Part shown: one piece after another, positions 1 to 16,364 of the stretch | Numbering within the stretch: position 1 is the first letter of the stretch | Layout: each line of letters opens with the position of its first letter | Source: Eledone cirrhosa | Taxonomy: Eukaryota | NCBI GenBank assembly: GCA_964016885.1 | Contig: OZ024746.1 | Span: 82,832,001-82,896,000, forward strand | Reading direction: 5' to 3' | DNA: 64,000 nucleotides | The notes under the pieces: generated by a model | Seen by the model: the letters and a program-made list of their open reading frames with translations, nothing else | What the model was told of the DNA's origin: nothing | Database searches by the model: none | Program-made: the position numbers and the translations under genes

Positions 1-789
1 GGGTGTGGCAAAAAGTACGTCTACGGTGGCGTATTTTTTGCCTCGGGTGATGTGCGTTTTCCTCTGCCACACAGACCCCAAGGCTTTTTGTATTTGGGCC
101 TCTGTGGCTCTTTCCACCCTACGGGATTTTGTACTTACTGTACGGTACGTGACCGTACAGTGCTCTTGGGTTTCGAAAAAATTTTTCGCTGCCTTGCAGA
201 TTGCTCGGTGTCCGTTCTTTGTCACCATCTTCTTCGCTTCCTCTAATTCCTCATTTGTTATGAGGATTGTTTCCAGGTTTTTCGCAATACCTGCAAATGA
301 GATTGGTTTTTCTCTGCTGTTGTTGTTGTCGTCAGAGCTGCTGGTACTTTTGTTGTTGCTGCAGGTACTACGACTACTGCCTCCGCCGCTGTTGCTGTGG
401 TTGTTGTTGGTGTTGCTGCTGCTAATGGTGTTGTTGTTTATGCTGCTGGTGATGCTGTTGCGGCTGCTACTGTTGTTTTCATTGTCACTGTTGCTGTTGT
501 TATTACGGCTGCTACTGCTATTATTCCTGACGTCAGACGAATGAACTGGGTTTTCGTATTTCCCGCACACCTGTTTCGTCGCTGTCGTCGTCGTCGTGGA
601 GAAACCTTGCACGCTTTGCACGAGACTTTTCTTTTCTTTCGTCGCTTGCGAAAGAGAAGGTAGGGAGAGAGACACATTTAAAGAAGGGAGGGAGAGAGAC
701 AATCTTCTCTCTCCTGTAGTGATGATTGAGGAAGAAGAAGACGGAATGAGTGGGAGTGACGTATGAAATTTTTTTTTTTTGGTAGCCAT
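1..789 (-). CDS. Uninterrupted ORF running off the window start (263 codons seen); probable ORF1 of a non-LTR retrotransposon (Tx1/L1-like)
   Basis: ATG at 789-787. Hand translation MATKKKKFHTSLPLIPSSSS...(Ser/Asn-rich)...EKPISFAGIAKNLETILITNEELEEAKKMV...QKALGSVWQRKTHITRGKKYATVDVLFATP has no stop down to base 1. It is absent from the ORF track because no stop falls in the window. About 210 bp of leader abuts an (AAT)n tract at ~1003. The clade is inferred. Confidence 0.55.
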   Translation of the reverse strand, partial: MATKKKKFHTSLPLIPSSSSSIITTGERRLSLSLPSLNVSLSLPSLSQATKEKKSLVQSVQGFSTTTTTATKQVCGKYENPVHSSDVRNNSSSSRNNNSNSDNENNSSSRNSITSSINNNTISSSNTNNNHSNSGGGSSRSTCSNNKSTSSSDDNNNSREKPISFAGIAKNLETILITNEELEEAKKMVTKNGHRAICKAAKNFFETQEHCTVTYRTVSTKSRRVERATEAQIQKALGSVWQRKTHITRGKKYATVDVLFATP

Positions 790-1002
790 GTTTTTTTGTT
801 TAAAATGAAATTTTGGGTACAAAACCCCAATAACTGGCTATTTAACCCCGAAGGGCCAAATAACGGACAGAAAGACCCCTCTCACGAGGAGGAGGGTGTC
901 TTTATCAACAATTTGGTTCAAGTTTTAAACAATTTACAATTGTTTTAACGGTTAAAAATTACTATACCTTACAGAGCCGAGCCTCCGTCAACCATGGCAT
1001 TC

Positions 1003-1037
<35 letters not shown>

Positions 1038-1488
1038 TAATAATAAAGATAATGATAGTAATAACAATAGTAATAATAATAATAAAAATAATGATAATAG
1101 GATAATAAAAACATATAACATTTATTACACAGGCAAATTTAATATGTGCATATTTTTAATTTACTGATACAAACTATAAACGAAACATAGTCTTTTTGTT
1201 TTGTTTTGTTCTCACCAACATATTTTCAATGGTTAATTAGATTTCAAATTTTCCTAATGCATACGTTTTCCAATATGTTTATTAATAAGGTTTAAAATAT
1301 CTCTTATTTAGCGTCTCCTATTTAAAAACAAATCCTCAGTACATACAAAGTTCATATCTAAACTTAATCAAAATGTTTCTTTGAAATTAGTTTTCGAATG
1401 CATTCAATCCAAGCAAACAAATATTTTTGTTTTCACTTTATTATTTGCGCATAATCTGCAATATACATACGTTTATATATACATGTGT

Positions 1489-1576
<88 letters not shown>

Positions 1577-1627
1577 TATATATATATATATAAATATATA
1601 TATATATACATATATATTTATATGGAT

Positions 1628-1662
<35 letters not shown>

Positions 1663-1900
1663 CACACACATATATATATATAAATATATATATATAAATA
1701 TATATGTATATACATATATATGTATATATATATATATATATATAGAGATATATATATATGTGTATATATGCATGTATATATATATATATATAATATACAT
1801 ACACACACACACACATACATACACACATATATATATATATATATAAAATATATATATAAATCTATGTATATATATAAATATATATATATGTATGTGTTTG

Positions 1901-1931
<31 letters not shown>

Positions 1932-2564
1932 GGGATGAAATATAAAGTCGAATATAACGAGAGAAAGTTGAACATATACATTATTAGTATAGATGTACAT
2001 AAATCTCCACATGAGTTTGGGCGGCTCCTAAATGTTGAATATTATGTATATATGTATAGTATGTATGTATGTATGTATGTATGTATGTATGTATGTATGT
2101 ATGTATGTATGTATGTATGTATGTATGTAGGTGTATATATGTATATATATATATATATGTATGTAGGTGTATATAGATATATAAGTATGTAGGTATCTTT
2201 ATATATATATATATATATATGGTCTAATATAAAAAATATGTCTCTGTCTATGTGGAAAGGAAACTATATTAAAATGTATATTCGTATTCAAATATACATA
2301 TGCTTATATTTCTACTTATATTTAATGTAAAATTTTATATTTTCAAGTATGCACACATACATAGTTACACATACACAAGCATATACACAGTTGCATTCAT
2401 AGATATATTCACACACAGACACACCCACACACACACACACACACACATACAAACTATAGCATGAATGTGTTTTCCCGTATTCATACGTGGCTGTATACAT
2501 TACTGCACGAATTGTTGTACTGTGAAATACAACACAGACAAAGAATTATTTAATTATATATATA

Positions 2565-2674
<110 letters not shown>

Positions 2675-2863
2675 TATATATATATAAACAGAAATATTTA
2701 TATACATATACATACACAAGCACACACACTCATACATGTACTGTCTCTCATATATATATACATATATGTATATATATATGTATATATATATGTATGTATG
2801 TATATAGTGAGTATAATGATTAAACCAGTATAAAATACATGAATACACACACACACACACATA

Positions 2864-2918
<55 letters not shown>

Positions 2919-3121
2919 GTGTGTGTGTGTGAATATGTGTGTGTGTATATACAAATATGTGTATGTCTGGGTGTGTGGTTATATAAATTATATATTAAAG
3001 AATATATCATGTGTATGTATATATATATTATAGAATACACATAACTTATACCATTCTCTCTTCCCTTTCTAAAACATTACACACAGTCCCACACACACAC
3101 ACACATACACGGATATATATA

Positions 3122-3210
<89 letters not shown>

Positions 3211-3240
3211 TTATATGACTATATGCATGTATCTCACTCT

Positions 3241-3294
<54 letters not shown>

Positions 3295-3820
3295 CTATAT
3301 ATATATATCTGTGTGTGTGTGTGGTTATGTCTGCGCTTCAGTCAGTGCGTGTGTTTTGTTTGTGTATATACTTATATACATTATAGACATACACGTACAC
3401 ATTCACATTTATTTATATATAAATAAATATATATATATATATATATATATAAAGATAGAGAGTGAGAGAGAGGTATATAGAGAAAGAGAGAGAGTGAGAG
3501 AGAGAAAGATAGAGAGTGAGAGAGAGGTATATAGAGAAAGAGAGAGAGTGAGAGAGAGGTATATAGAGAAAGAGAGAGTGAAACGTAAGAAACTTAGATA
3601 TTTATACAATACCCTACGGCATACCTACACAAACAGATGTTCATAAGAAACATCTGCACCCTTCCCCCACGACAAAAAAACCCTTAAAGACACAAAAATA
3701 TTCCCACAAATATATATATAAACTTACACACAGGCATACGTGCATACATGAATGCATACATACACACACACGCACACATATATATATATATATGTATGTG
3801 TGTGTATATATATACACATA

Positions 3821-4185
<365 letters not shown>

Positions 4186-4408
4186 TATATCTATGTATGT
4201 GTGTGTGTGTGTGTGTCTGTGTATGTAAAAAGTAAACAGAAATAACAAAACGACACAGTATATTGAAGAAATATATTAGTCTAACATATAAAAGTCTTAA
4301 CGTTTCGGACATTAGTCCTTTATAACGAGATTTAGGAGAAATTAAAAATAAAGACTGAGAAGAGGAAGAAAAGGATGTAAATGAAAAAAAAAAAATATAT
4401 ATATATAT

Positions 4409-4460
<52 letters not shown>

Positions 4461-4764
4461 GATGGCTTCCCCTTCGTTATCGAGTATGGCCATTGCATGA
4501 TATACCATTATTAATAATTATTAATTAATTCTATCGTGCAATGCCTGTGCATGAAGATATTTAAGTGAGGAAAGACTGTGCACTGAGCCAATCCCACTCT
4601 CTGAGCGACAGTAGCTATAACCCGAAAAGAAGAAAAGATCAACATCATCGGTAACTACTGAGCCGCAGGTTTTATACATACATACATACATACATACATA
4701 CATACATACATACATACATACATACGTATATACATACATACATACATACATATATACATATATG

Positions 4765-4812
<48 letters not shown>

Positions 4813-5006
4813 TTCGTTTAATTTAATGGATAAGTAGTGAGCCGTGTTACTCTGGAGTTTCACCCGAACACACGCAGGATCAATTTGACAGCTAGAGAGA
4901 GATGAAAGTTCTTACAGATGACCTACAACGAAGCCTATTTCACGTTAGTGATGTCCACTCTCAGTATACAGTATATATCTTCCAAAAAAGGTATGACCTG
5001 CACCAA

Positions 5007-5485
<479 letters not shown>

Positions 5486-5603
5486 TATATGACTCCAGTT
5501 CCTCAGTGAAATAACAACCCAACAAGGAATTGGGCATATCAGAGTATTGACAATATTATACACCTCAACAACATATGTACTTGTCTATACCATACTAATT
5601 CAA

Positions 5604-5658
5604 ACTGCCTGAAGAGGTCACAGCCAAAGATGGCTGTCACTGAAATATATATAGCAGT
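5604..5658 (+). ncRNA. Minimal type I hammerhead ribozyme motif
   Basis: ACTGC [CTGAAGA] GGTCACAGCCA-AAGA-TGGCTGTCACT [GAAA] TATATA [TA] GCAGT, followed at once by AATAAA. Confidence 0.8.
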
Positions 5659-6461
5659 AATAAACGAAGCTAAATTTTAATCATTTGACTTTTATTTAAC
5701 TTTATTTTATATATATATATATAGAGAGATATATAGCAAAGAAAGTGGGGTAAGAAACCAGGTGGACCATAACGCACCAGAGTACTCGATACTTAGGGTA
5801 GTAGAGTGGGTAATAGGAAAAGAGTCAGGACCTCGACGGATGAGCTCCGGCCGTTTTGACATCTAGATCCGAGCTGTAAATGGTGGGCATCGTTAACGTG
5901 ACATAGGCTCTGCTGTATATGAATATGAATCCAAAACAGGGATGCACAAAGAACAAAGACAAGGAAAAAGAGACAGTTCCTTTTGCTCAGCCAGCTTATG
6001 GAAATCACTCTAGTTTCAGTGCATGAAGGTTGATACTAATAATTCCAGTATACATTAGGACGCAACAAAGCAAGTAGACACAAAACGAGTTGTGTCTTTT
6101 GGCAAATTACACTCATAAAGACGAAAAAAAAAAAAAATGAATGCTAGAAACCAATGTGCATCAACTGGTAGAGACGGTTCGCGGTACCTTAGCCAAAGGA
6201 GAAATAATACAAAGGAGTGAATTAGAAAAATAAAAAAAATATATGGACTACATACCAACGTACAGATGAAGAAAACTGACATAGATGCATAAAAAAATGT
6301 GTCATATCTATTATTTGCTAGGTAAAAAAAAATCCTGCCAAAACTATATCTCAAATGTGCCAATGTGGATATGCGTGCCATACATTCGCCATGTTTTAGT
6401 CGGACATATTGTCTCCTGTTTATATTTTGAGGCATGGTACCTATATGATTTGAACTTAGAC

Positions 6462-6502
<41 letters not shown>

Positions 6503-8822
6503 TTTGCATAGTTAACAATCTGAAATTAAAAAGTAACAAAGATACCAATTTACAAACAAATTAAATCTTGTATGAGAAGCAAAACGAGGTGTCTTCAGTG
6601 TATGAGACCTTATTCCTTCATCAGTAAAGAAATAAGAGTGGGAGACAAGTTACGAAATAGTGAAAGAAAGAGAGAGAGAGGGGAAAGAGAGTGTAAGAGA
6701 GAGATTTGCATCTTAGTTTTTATTCCTTTTTTATCTAGGTGCACACTTATATGTTATGACTTTGATTCCCACCGAGATCAACTTTATCTTTATTATGCAA
6801 ACACATGAAGGACTTTAAAATGTTTTGCCTTAGTGAATATATCTTATCACACTCTACTATAGATTTTATTGAATTTTGTCATATATACGAACAAAAAAGA
6901 AACCACAGTAGAGTGTCTAGCTCTATAGAGCAACGTGTTAATACTAAACTGATTGTAGATTCGACCCCTGTGTACATTAACAACCAAAAATACTATTACT
7001 ATCTTTTTAGATTCATATTATTTAAAGCTACCCCCTTTTCACATTATGTGAAGGTTTTAACCTTTACTTGAAACATTAAGCTAAATATATATATTGTGTT
7101 AAATCTTTTGTTACCAGGGTTTTATTATTAATATCATTGAAACCTGAACAGTAATCTACTGTGATTTTGTAATATTTGTATATATGTATGTCCCATTTTC
7201 TTTCGGAATGTTTTAAGAGTAACTTTTTTTATCACTCTCTTTCTTTTGCATATAGCCACCGCGCTTTTTCTTTTGTACGTAGCTATCGCCTGCTTGTCCA
7301 CTACCCCCACGTTGCTAATTCAATGTTCTACTTTACCTCAAACTGGCACCCGCCTTCTCATAAAATTACCTCTCTTTACTTTCATTTATTTGCTCCTTTC
7401 CCTATCTTTCATTATTTGTCTTTTATTTCTCACTTTGTATCCCCCCACGCTATCCCTTATTATTTCAGTTACTTCTTAGCTGTCACTCTCTAGCTTTTGT
7501 TCCCTTTGACTTAAAATTTCGTTTGTAATATTATTTACCTAAGCACAAAACCAGAAAGTTGATATGGTTGATTATATCAACCAATATTTGACTGGTAATA
7601 ATTTTATCTACTACAGAAGAACCAAAGCCCTAAGAAATTCTACGAAAAAACTGTATCGCACTTTACATTGTCTACTCCACGGTTATCACTTCCATTTAAC
7701 AAAAACGTAATTTTAAATTCTCGCACAGTCATTGTTATACTATAACATCTTACTTCCACTCTTTATAATTCATATTCTTTCAGTTAAGATTAACTATCTA
7801 TCTGAACGTTTGATTTATATACTGATACCTTCTGTAAATCAAATACGACACCCAATGTTATGTCTCTTATTTCTCAATTATATTTCTATTTAAAGTTGCA
7901 CTTCTTCAGTTTCTTTGTATCTTAGAATTGCTTTTTAAATAATGATATTTCTAACAATACTATCGCAGTAAAGATATTGCCCACCTAAACACAATATACG
8001 GCTTAACGTAAACGTACTCTAAGGACAGCAGAAACAGATGAGCACGAATCCTGCTTCGCCTATGACCAAATTTATGTAAGATACACAGGAGAATGGAAAT
8101 CCGCTAAATGTTCCCATATCGCTATCGGTAAAACCAAAACATTGAGCATCCTGAGCTGCTGTCATGGCTGTATTCAGAATTCCCAATGGTATGATATTTG
8201 CAAATATAACGTCATAAAGCTGGGATCCATTGCAATTCTTAATGTTATTTCTTCGGTGTTTTAAGCATTGTAGTTGGTCAGTTCCAATGTTTTCATGTGG
8301 AAGTTAACCTTGAGCACTCCAGTTTTCACGTTTTATCAGAATGATTTCATTTCCATTGGGGATTTACCCCCAGACACTTAATTTTTACTATTTTTAAATT
8401 TTAAATAGTAAAAATACTAGCTCAGGGTACACAATGTTTTTGATTTTATCAGTAGAAACATAACTAATATCAAATGGTGAATTTCCAACGCTTGAGTATC
8501 TTACATAGATTTGGCCATAGGTAAAGCAGTATAGATGCTCATCTGTTTCTGTTGCTCCCAGAGCACACTTACGTTAGGAGCATATTACGTTTATATGGGG
8601 AATATATTTTAAGAAGCAATGTATCTAAAAAAAAGTAAAGATATCTATGCTCAATAATGGTTTGAAAATAATTAAAGGTATTTAGTTAATATTTGTTTTT
8701 TTTTTGCTTCACTATTTTGAAGTTTTTAAAATTAGATTCTTTCTCTGGTTAGTTTAGATTTAGGATATGCTGTTGGAATACCATGAATTGGTTTCCAAAT
8801 TTTGTAGACATTGTGGGTTGTA

Positions 8823-9000
8823 AGGGGCGCATCACAAGATGGCTGGGCGTGATTAAAGATCTCCAGAAGCTCGACGTCATTGAGGAGCATGCAGAGGGGT
8901 TGTCACAGGACCGTCAGTGATAGAGGGCACGAGTGGATCTGGTTGGCTCTATGCACGATGATGTCTCCAGGATGCCAGACTCATCGAGCAAGAGCAATAG
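8823..9000 (+). mobile_element. RTE-type LINE 3' end fragment with (TAGA)n tail
   Basis: Degenerate translation RGRITRWLGVI/KDLQKLDVIEEHAEGLSQDRQ**RARVDLVG resembles the GRP..RW...I..DL...A.DR..WR C-terminus of RTE ORF2. (TAGA)n follows at 8998-9050. Confidence 0.6.
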
Positions 9001-9426
9001 ATAGATAGATAGACAGATAGATAGATAGATAGACAGATAGATAGACAGATAGATTGATAAACAGACAGTTAGATAGATAAATAGTAGACATCAGCCCCGG
9101 CATCGTGTAAATTTGACTATATTTATATTTTGGTATGAAATGATTTGTTGATGTTTAGTCACTAGTAAACTCTGATCTAGCAAAACTATGAACAAAGGCG
9201 TTCCAGTCATGACCATTCCAACATTTATTCAGACATAACGTACCTAGAACTACGTTATCCAATGGATGGACATCACTTTATTTTTAAGATAGTGTAGGGA
9301 GTGATTCGAGAGAGATGTGGCTGTTATTTCTAGTAGGTGAAGCGACCACGTAGTTGCTCTTTTGTTTGGTCATTGTTTCCAAAGATATTGCAGCTGCTGT
9401 TCTTTTATTTTCATAGATTTGTTGAC

Positions 9427-9467
<41 letters not shown>

Positions 9468-9720
9468 TGTTGTTGTCTCTTGAAAACAAGTCCCAATTAG
9501 TAATTCTAAGGTTAGAACGCTAACATTCGACAGACCTTCCCAATATTTTCTCTCTACCAAATAAAAGAGTTTTTTTGGAATTGCACCAAATTTGATTCGA
9601 CTTATAGACTTTTTAAAAATCTTTTTCGTTTTAACTCTTTCATTTCTAGTTTTACTATTATCACAGCAATTATTTCTATTTTTTGCAATAATCGCATTAT
9701 TTATTCCTTAACGTTTTCAT

Positions 9721-9807
<87 letters not shown>

Positions 9808-10005
9808 TAATTTTTCTGTTGTTCTCCTGTCTCACTCGCTTTACGCGTTTTAATTGTCCTAATAACTTATTTTGGTTATTATTGCACCGAAGTGAGATAT
9901 ATGATTTTTAATGCAATGAAATATCTATGATCTTCGGCAAATCACTGATGAGGGACTTATTTTATTACATGTTTCCATGTGCGACCTGCAGTATTTTTCT
10001 CTATA

Positions 10006-10076
<71 letters not shown>

Positions 10077-10268
10077 CTGTTGAAACAGCCGGAGCTCAGG
10101 CGTCGGGGATCCTGACTCTTTTTATATGTGTGTGTGTGTATGTGTGTGTGTGGTGTATGTGTGTGCGAGTGTGTGTAACTATATATATATATTCATGCGC
10201 AAAAATCATATACATGGAAAACTTGCACAGTGGGACACACACAAATACACACAGACACACTCACGCAC

Positions 10269-10362
<94 letters not shown>

Positions 10363-10599
10363 GCGCACACACAGAGGCTACGGTTTAATGACTGTTAGTC
10401 AGTTGCAACCCACAGCACCAGCTTTTCTGGTGACAGGTTAGATTTGAAATTACTCCAAAGCATTCTTTCTGACGACTTTGCGACTCTGCTAGTTGGTCCC
10501 CTTTATATTTATGTATATATATATGTACATATATGCATAGATAACAGATATATATATATATATACATAAAAAATGACCCCTACGATCTCAAATGACCAT

Positions 10600-10880
10600 T
10601 TGTTTTGCACTCAGAAAGTGCCTCTCTGAGGCACTTTCTGAGTGCAAGATTTTTTGTGGAAGACCAGCCGTCGCCCATACATACCAGTTTTTGCTCTCAC
10701 CGTCACCGATGTTTCGCCCAGGGGAAAGGGAAAGGCCGATGTAACTTAGCGTCAGTAACATCGCAACACATTTCTATAGCTAAGTGAACTGGAGCAAGGA
10801 GACAGCGTATCGCCAAAGCAGGAATCGAACTCACAACCTCGGTATTGTGAACCCAACGCTACAACCACAAACCACGCGTT
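10600..10880 (-). mobile_element. tRNA-derived SINE (degenerate)
   Basis: The minus strand carries a tRNA-like head with a B box GAGTTCGATTCC (forward GGAATCGAACTC, ~10821-10832). Confidence 0.55.
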
Positions 10881-11565
10881 TTCACCCATATATAAAAATG
10901 AAGTGATTAAGTTAAACATCGAAGTCACTACAACTTTTCTACTCTACCATCCAGTATTGAGTGCTCATTCAGTTGATGTTAGAATGTTTTAAATACTATG
11001 GTATTTAAACACATATTCGTACACAAACACAGACACACACACACACACACACATACGCCAACGCTCATGTGCACACACAGACAAATATACACACACACAC
11101 ACAGAAACTAACAGGGGTAAACTCGATGCTTTGTATATGTGTGTATGTTTATATACATATGTGCGAATTTCTAAATATGGGTCTATTTATACGCAGGTTT
11201 AGTTAGAGCAATTATTCTAGTATCTTCAATGAGAAATAGGGAGTTCTCTCCAACATTGACCCTTTATAACTGGGTATTCAGAGAAAACCGAGGAAACAGT
11301 ACATAATTACTGTTTCGATGGCAACCATTTCTGTCCGTCAAAATACATTTGATCAATCTACGTGACTTATCAACTCAAAAAGTTTATTGCCTGTCAGATT
11401 TACTGAGTTAAATATACTACCTATCTACCCACATACGTACGTTCGTACTTACCTACCTACCTACTTACCTACCTACCTACCTACCTACCTATCTACACAC
11501 ATACATATACATACATACATACATACTTGAATACATACATACATGCATATAAATATAAACTGGCA

Positions 11566-11601
<36 letters not shown>

Positions 11602-11857
11602 CATATCTACCTACGTACCTGTCTAACTTCTAATATATTAATCCATGCATCCTTTCTACACACACACACTCACACACACTCACACAGACACACACACACA
11701 CGCCCACACACACTAAACACCTGCAATTGTTCACATTCTAGCTTTGAATTAACAAAAAGAAGTGCCAGGATTCCCCTTGATGTGGCATACGTCAGTGGTT
11801 CGATTCTTGCAGGCGTTTCTGTTCACGTTTTTAGTTGCAGTAGTCTTTCCAAGATGC

Positions 11858-11999
<142 letters not shown>

Positions 12000-12031
12000 A
12001 TATATTATATATAATATATATATATACAAAG

Positions 12032-12126
<95 letters not shown>

Positions 12127-12230
12127 AAGCACGTGAGCAGAATTTGGAAATGGAATTGGATTTCGCCGCAACTTTGATAAATAATATACTATTTCATTTA
12201 GTCAAAGTTGTGGCGATATCTTCTAATTCA

Positions 12231-12275
<45 letters not shown>

Positions 12276-12671
12276 TAAATATTTATAAGTCGTTTGGAAG
12301 CCTCGACAATGCAAATGGGTAAATCTCCGGGTAACAAGGTCCGGTGGTGGAGAGAGAGATATGTAAGTGGGTGTACGTTGAGATGCGTGGTGTGTATAAG
12401 ATGTGTGAGATGTGTAGAATGAAGGGAAGAGTAAAAGAATAAAATAATAATAACAACACAAGAGAGAGAGTTACCTTGGGAGAGATTTAATAGTCCCTAT
12501 ATATTTCGGATTCACATCCATCAACTGGGGTTTTTTCCGGGGTGGGGGAAAAGGTTGTCTGTCGGACAACTCGGAACGCGTCTTTCGCTGTTTGTTGATT
12601 TGAATATATATATAAAATAAGTTGACGGGACTAGCAAAAGTTTTTCCTGCTAGTACCGGTTGCATCTCAGC

Positions 12672-12735
<64 letters not shown>

Positions 12736-13189
12736 CATTTCATTAACTGTTTTCCGTCTCGACATATTTAATCATTATTCATAGTTAACTCTGCCTTTCA
12801 TCCTGACGGTGTCGATAAAATAAAGTAATGCACTGGGATCATTTCTGACCTTGTGCCAAAAGTAGAAACAATTATTCATAGTCATCAAATATTATCAAAG
12901 TTATCTGCTATATTTTCAAATTTCAAATTTCTCGATGCTTCATAAATCAACCAAATTTTTTAATACTTCTCGCTTCAATCATCTAAAAAGGCAGCAGTTA
13001 GTGGCGCAATGGTTAAACGCAGTTGCGACCTTGTCAGTAGAAGGATATAAGCGACAGTAATCATCACATTTTCAACACATACGCCGCTTCAACACAAATA
13101 TAACCACGAAAAATATTCCTTGACGAGCTCAAAAGAACGAAACCTGGTGAGTGAGAAAAAATACGTTATCAACCGACAGCTGGACAGCA

Positions 13190-13750
13190 AATGTTTGCGT
13201 ATTAGTGTTTCCCCGACGACTGGCTTCCGGATCTGCGAGCCACACAAATGTCATAGAGAGTCTACTGTGGACTCTTTCGGCCTCTATCCAGTTTCATACC
13301 GTTACAGCACCCGCCGGAGCTGTGGGGCGGCCAATATGTGGGACCCCATTTGCTCATAATGCAGAGAGATGGGGAGGGCGAAAGAGATGGAGGCGATGAC
13401 AGTGGGAGTTCGGCTCTCCCGTGTTCGGACACATTGTACGTTAATAATTTGACACCACCAAATTATATTCTTCCTCTATATCTCCAACGCCATGTTGCTC
13501 CCAATGAGATCATAAAGCATGGCTTGGGCGCCGCAGGTTTCCTTGCCCATCTCGAGTCGTTGGAGCTGGACCGAGAAGACGGTAAAAGGCCAGATGACAT
13601 CATGATCTTTCCATTCCATGGTGATATTCCTATTCCCGTCATCTGGGACACTACGTGCAATGACACCTTCTCCTGCGGCAGTCTTCTCGGCGACTAACCC
13701 AAGCTTCACTGCTTGTCAAGCCGAAGATCGTAAGCTGTTGAAATATCACT
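13190..13750 (+). mobile_element. Decayed C-terminal fragment (Zn knuckle remnant plus restriction-like endonuclease) of a CRE/R2-superfamily LINE
   Basis: RHVAPNEIIKHGLGAAGFLAHLESLELDREDGKRPDDIMIFPF...VIWDTTCNDTF matches the RH..LN.II...L..AG....EP..L...DGKRPDG......WD.T..DT pattern. Upstream RICEPHKC..TVDSFG is a knuckle remnant. An unrelated insert interrupts it at ~13310-13480. Confidence 0.75.
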
Positions 13751-13833
13751 TGGTCTCTTTATTTTGTTTACTTGTCGTCCTTTGCCCATATATTTCTACC
13801 GAATTGTACCGGCATTTTAAAACATATCAGTCT

Positions 13834-13951
<118 letters not shown>

Positions 13952-15091
13952 TATATACAAGAATATGCCTTGCACTTATGTGCATATATTCAACTTACAC
14001 CCGATAATTTCGTTTACTAATATTTAAACCATGTGAGTGCTGATTGTTCAGCCATATTGATCAAAATCGAGCGTTCAAGTCTTGATCACCCAGTCTCATT
14101 TAAGGTATTGTGTAACTAGGACCATATTAACCAAGGCAGTAGGATGTGATTTTAGGGTTATTTGGCTGCTATTTCCAGGAAGTCGACCTCTCCCGTCAAG
14201 GCTCTCACGTTGACTCGTGTGATTGTGTTAAGGTTCTGCTATTGGCTCGATCGACACAATAACATGTAACTATACTGTGCCTATATTTCATACAAGACAG
14301 CCGTGTATGGGCCGTATGTGTACACGTTATATGCAAACGTGATAGACTCTATAATGTAAACAAAATGAATAACTACATAAGTGTCTTATGTTCTCACATT
14401 TTATACAGAGCATTGTGTAAACTTTGCGCAAACACATTCATATATTTTTACACGAATATTGAATAAATAAATAAATAAATGAATAAATAAACAAATAAAT
14501 AAATAAATGTGTGGGTGCTTTGCCAATAATAAGGATAAATTATTGCCAAATAAAGGATAAATTCAAAGATCGAAACAATATGAAATAAATTTTATTATGG
14601 AAATTTGAAAGAGTGAAATATGGCATAAACAAATAATTAAAACAAAATAATATACATATAAAAGCGAAATAATAAATGGGGGAGGAGGATATCATTGCTA
14701 TCATTTGTAATATTTTAGTTATATATTTAAAATATATTTTAAAAGAGAGAATATATGGTGGGAGAGAAAACCAGAGGGAAAGTGAGAAAGCAAACAAAAA
14801 AATAAATAAATGATAAAAATAAAATGGTGAAGCAAATGGTGAAGGAGAGAGAAAAAAAAACGAAATAAATTGAAGCAAGAATAATGAGTCAAGAGCAAAA
14901 GTCGATGAAAGGGAAAGGATGGAATAAATGAAGAGTAAATTAGTGAAAAGAAGTGTTGATTAGTTATTTAATCAGTTGTATGTACGATCGATTCACTGAT
15001 GCAGACGACACCATGAAGGGAAATGGCTGGTGTTGAGTGATGGAGGTGACTAGAGTAGAGGAGGTAAGAGACTTGATCAGAAAGGGGGAGT

Positions 15092-15151
<60 letters not shown>

Positions 15152-15601
15152 ATGGAGGGGGAGCAAGAAGAGGAGAAATAAAAAGAAGAGACCATGAGTT
15201 GAAAACGAGGCTGGAGGAAGGTGAAAATGAGAAGAGGGGCGTAGTAGTAGCAGAAATAAGTAAACAACAGCCATAGCTAGAGACGGGAATTTTAAAAGAG
15301 GGTGAAAATGTAGGATCTCAGAGATTGGATTCGGAGGGGGGGGGGGGAGTGTAAGAACAAAGAATTATGAAGATAGCTTGTGTGTGAGTGTAAATGAAAG
15401 AGTGATTGACAGTGTTGGAATCGTGAAAGTGAGAGAGGGAGAATGATGTAGATACTGTTGAAATAGGTAAGGAGATAGAGAACTAGCGGGATAGAGGTTG
15501 TCAGTTTCAGGGCGTATAGAAAGGAAAATTAACTTTGGTTTAATTTCCATTAGTCTACCATTTAATCAGGTGTGTTTTGGGTTTTTAGATAATGTCTAAT
15601 A

Positions 15602-15920
<319 letters not shown>

Positions 15921-16364
15921 TATTTAAAGATATGTAAAATTGGATTTAACTCCGAACTGTCTTTTGTCAATCTTGATGTGGATAAAATCACATTAGAGCT
16001 TTAAATATCTGACTGCCCTATACAGTTGTATCATCAACTCCTTGTATAATTTGTTTTGAATGAAACAGTTCTAGTCCTGTAGAAGCCATTTCTATATTAA
16101 ACATAATGTTTACACTCTTCTAATGTATTGAGTATCTTACTTACTATGATTACCCTCAATTGAACCTGGGACTCCCATATATGTGTGTATGTGTGTGTGA
16201 GTGTGTGTGTGTGTGTGAGTGTGTATGAGTGTGTGTGCGTGTGTGCGAGAATCCTTATAAAATTACAACGTCTAATAATTCTATCAAATATTGGCACAAA
16301 GTCAGCAATTGGGGAAACGGGAGAAGTCAATCATATCGATCCCAGTACTTATCTGGGATAGAAA

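Noticed and set aside
5-544. 179-aa Leu-rich plus-strand ORF
   Set aside because: It is the antisense shadow of the Ser/Asn-rich minus-strand ORF.
4283-4332. Minus-strand hammerhead-like GGAC..GTCC GAAA CGT TA AGACT
   Set aside because: The CUGANGA half is degraded, so it is a relic at best.
6590-6630. CTGATGA on the minus strand (also 9945+, 49438+ and 53674-)
   Set aside because: No correctly placed GAAA, stem III, UH and stem I could be paired.
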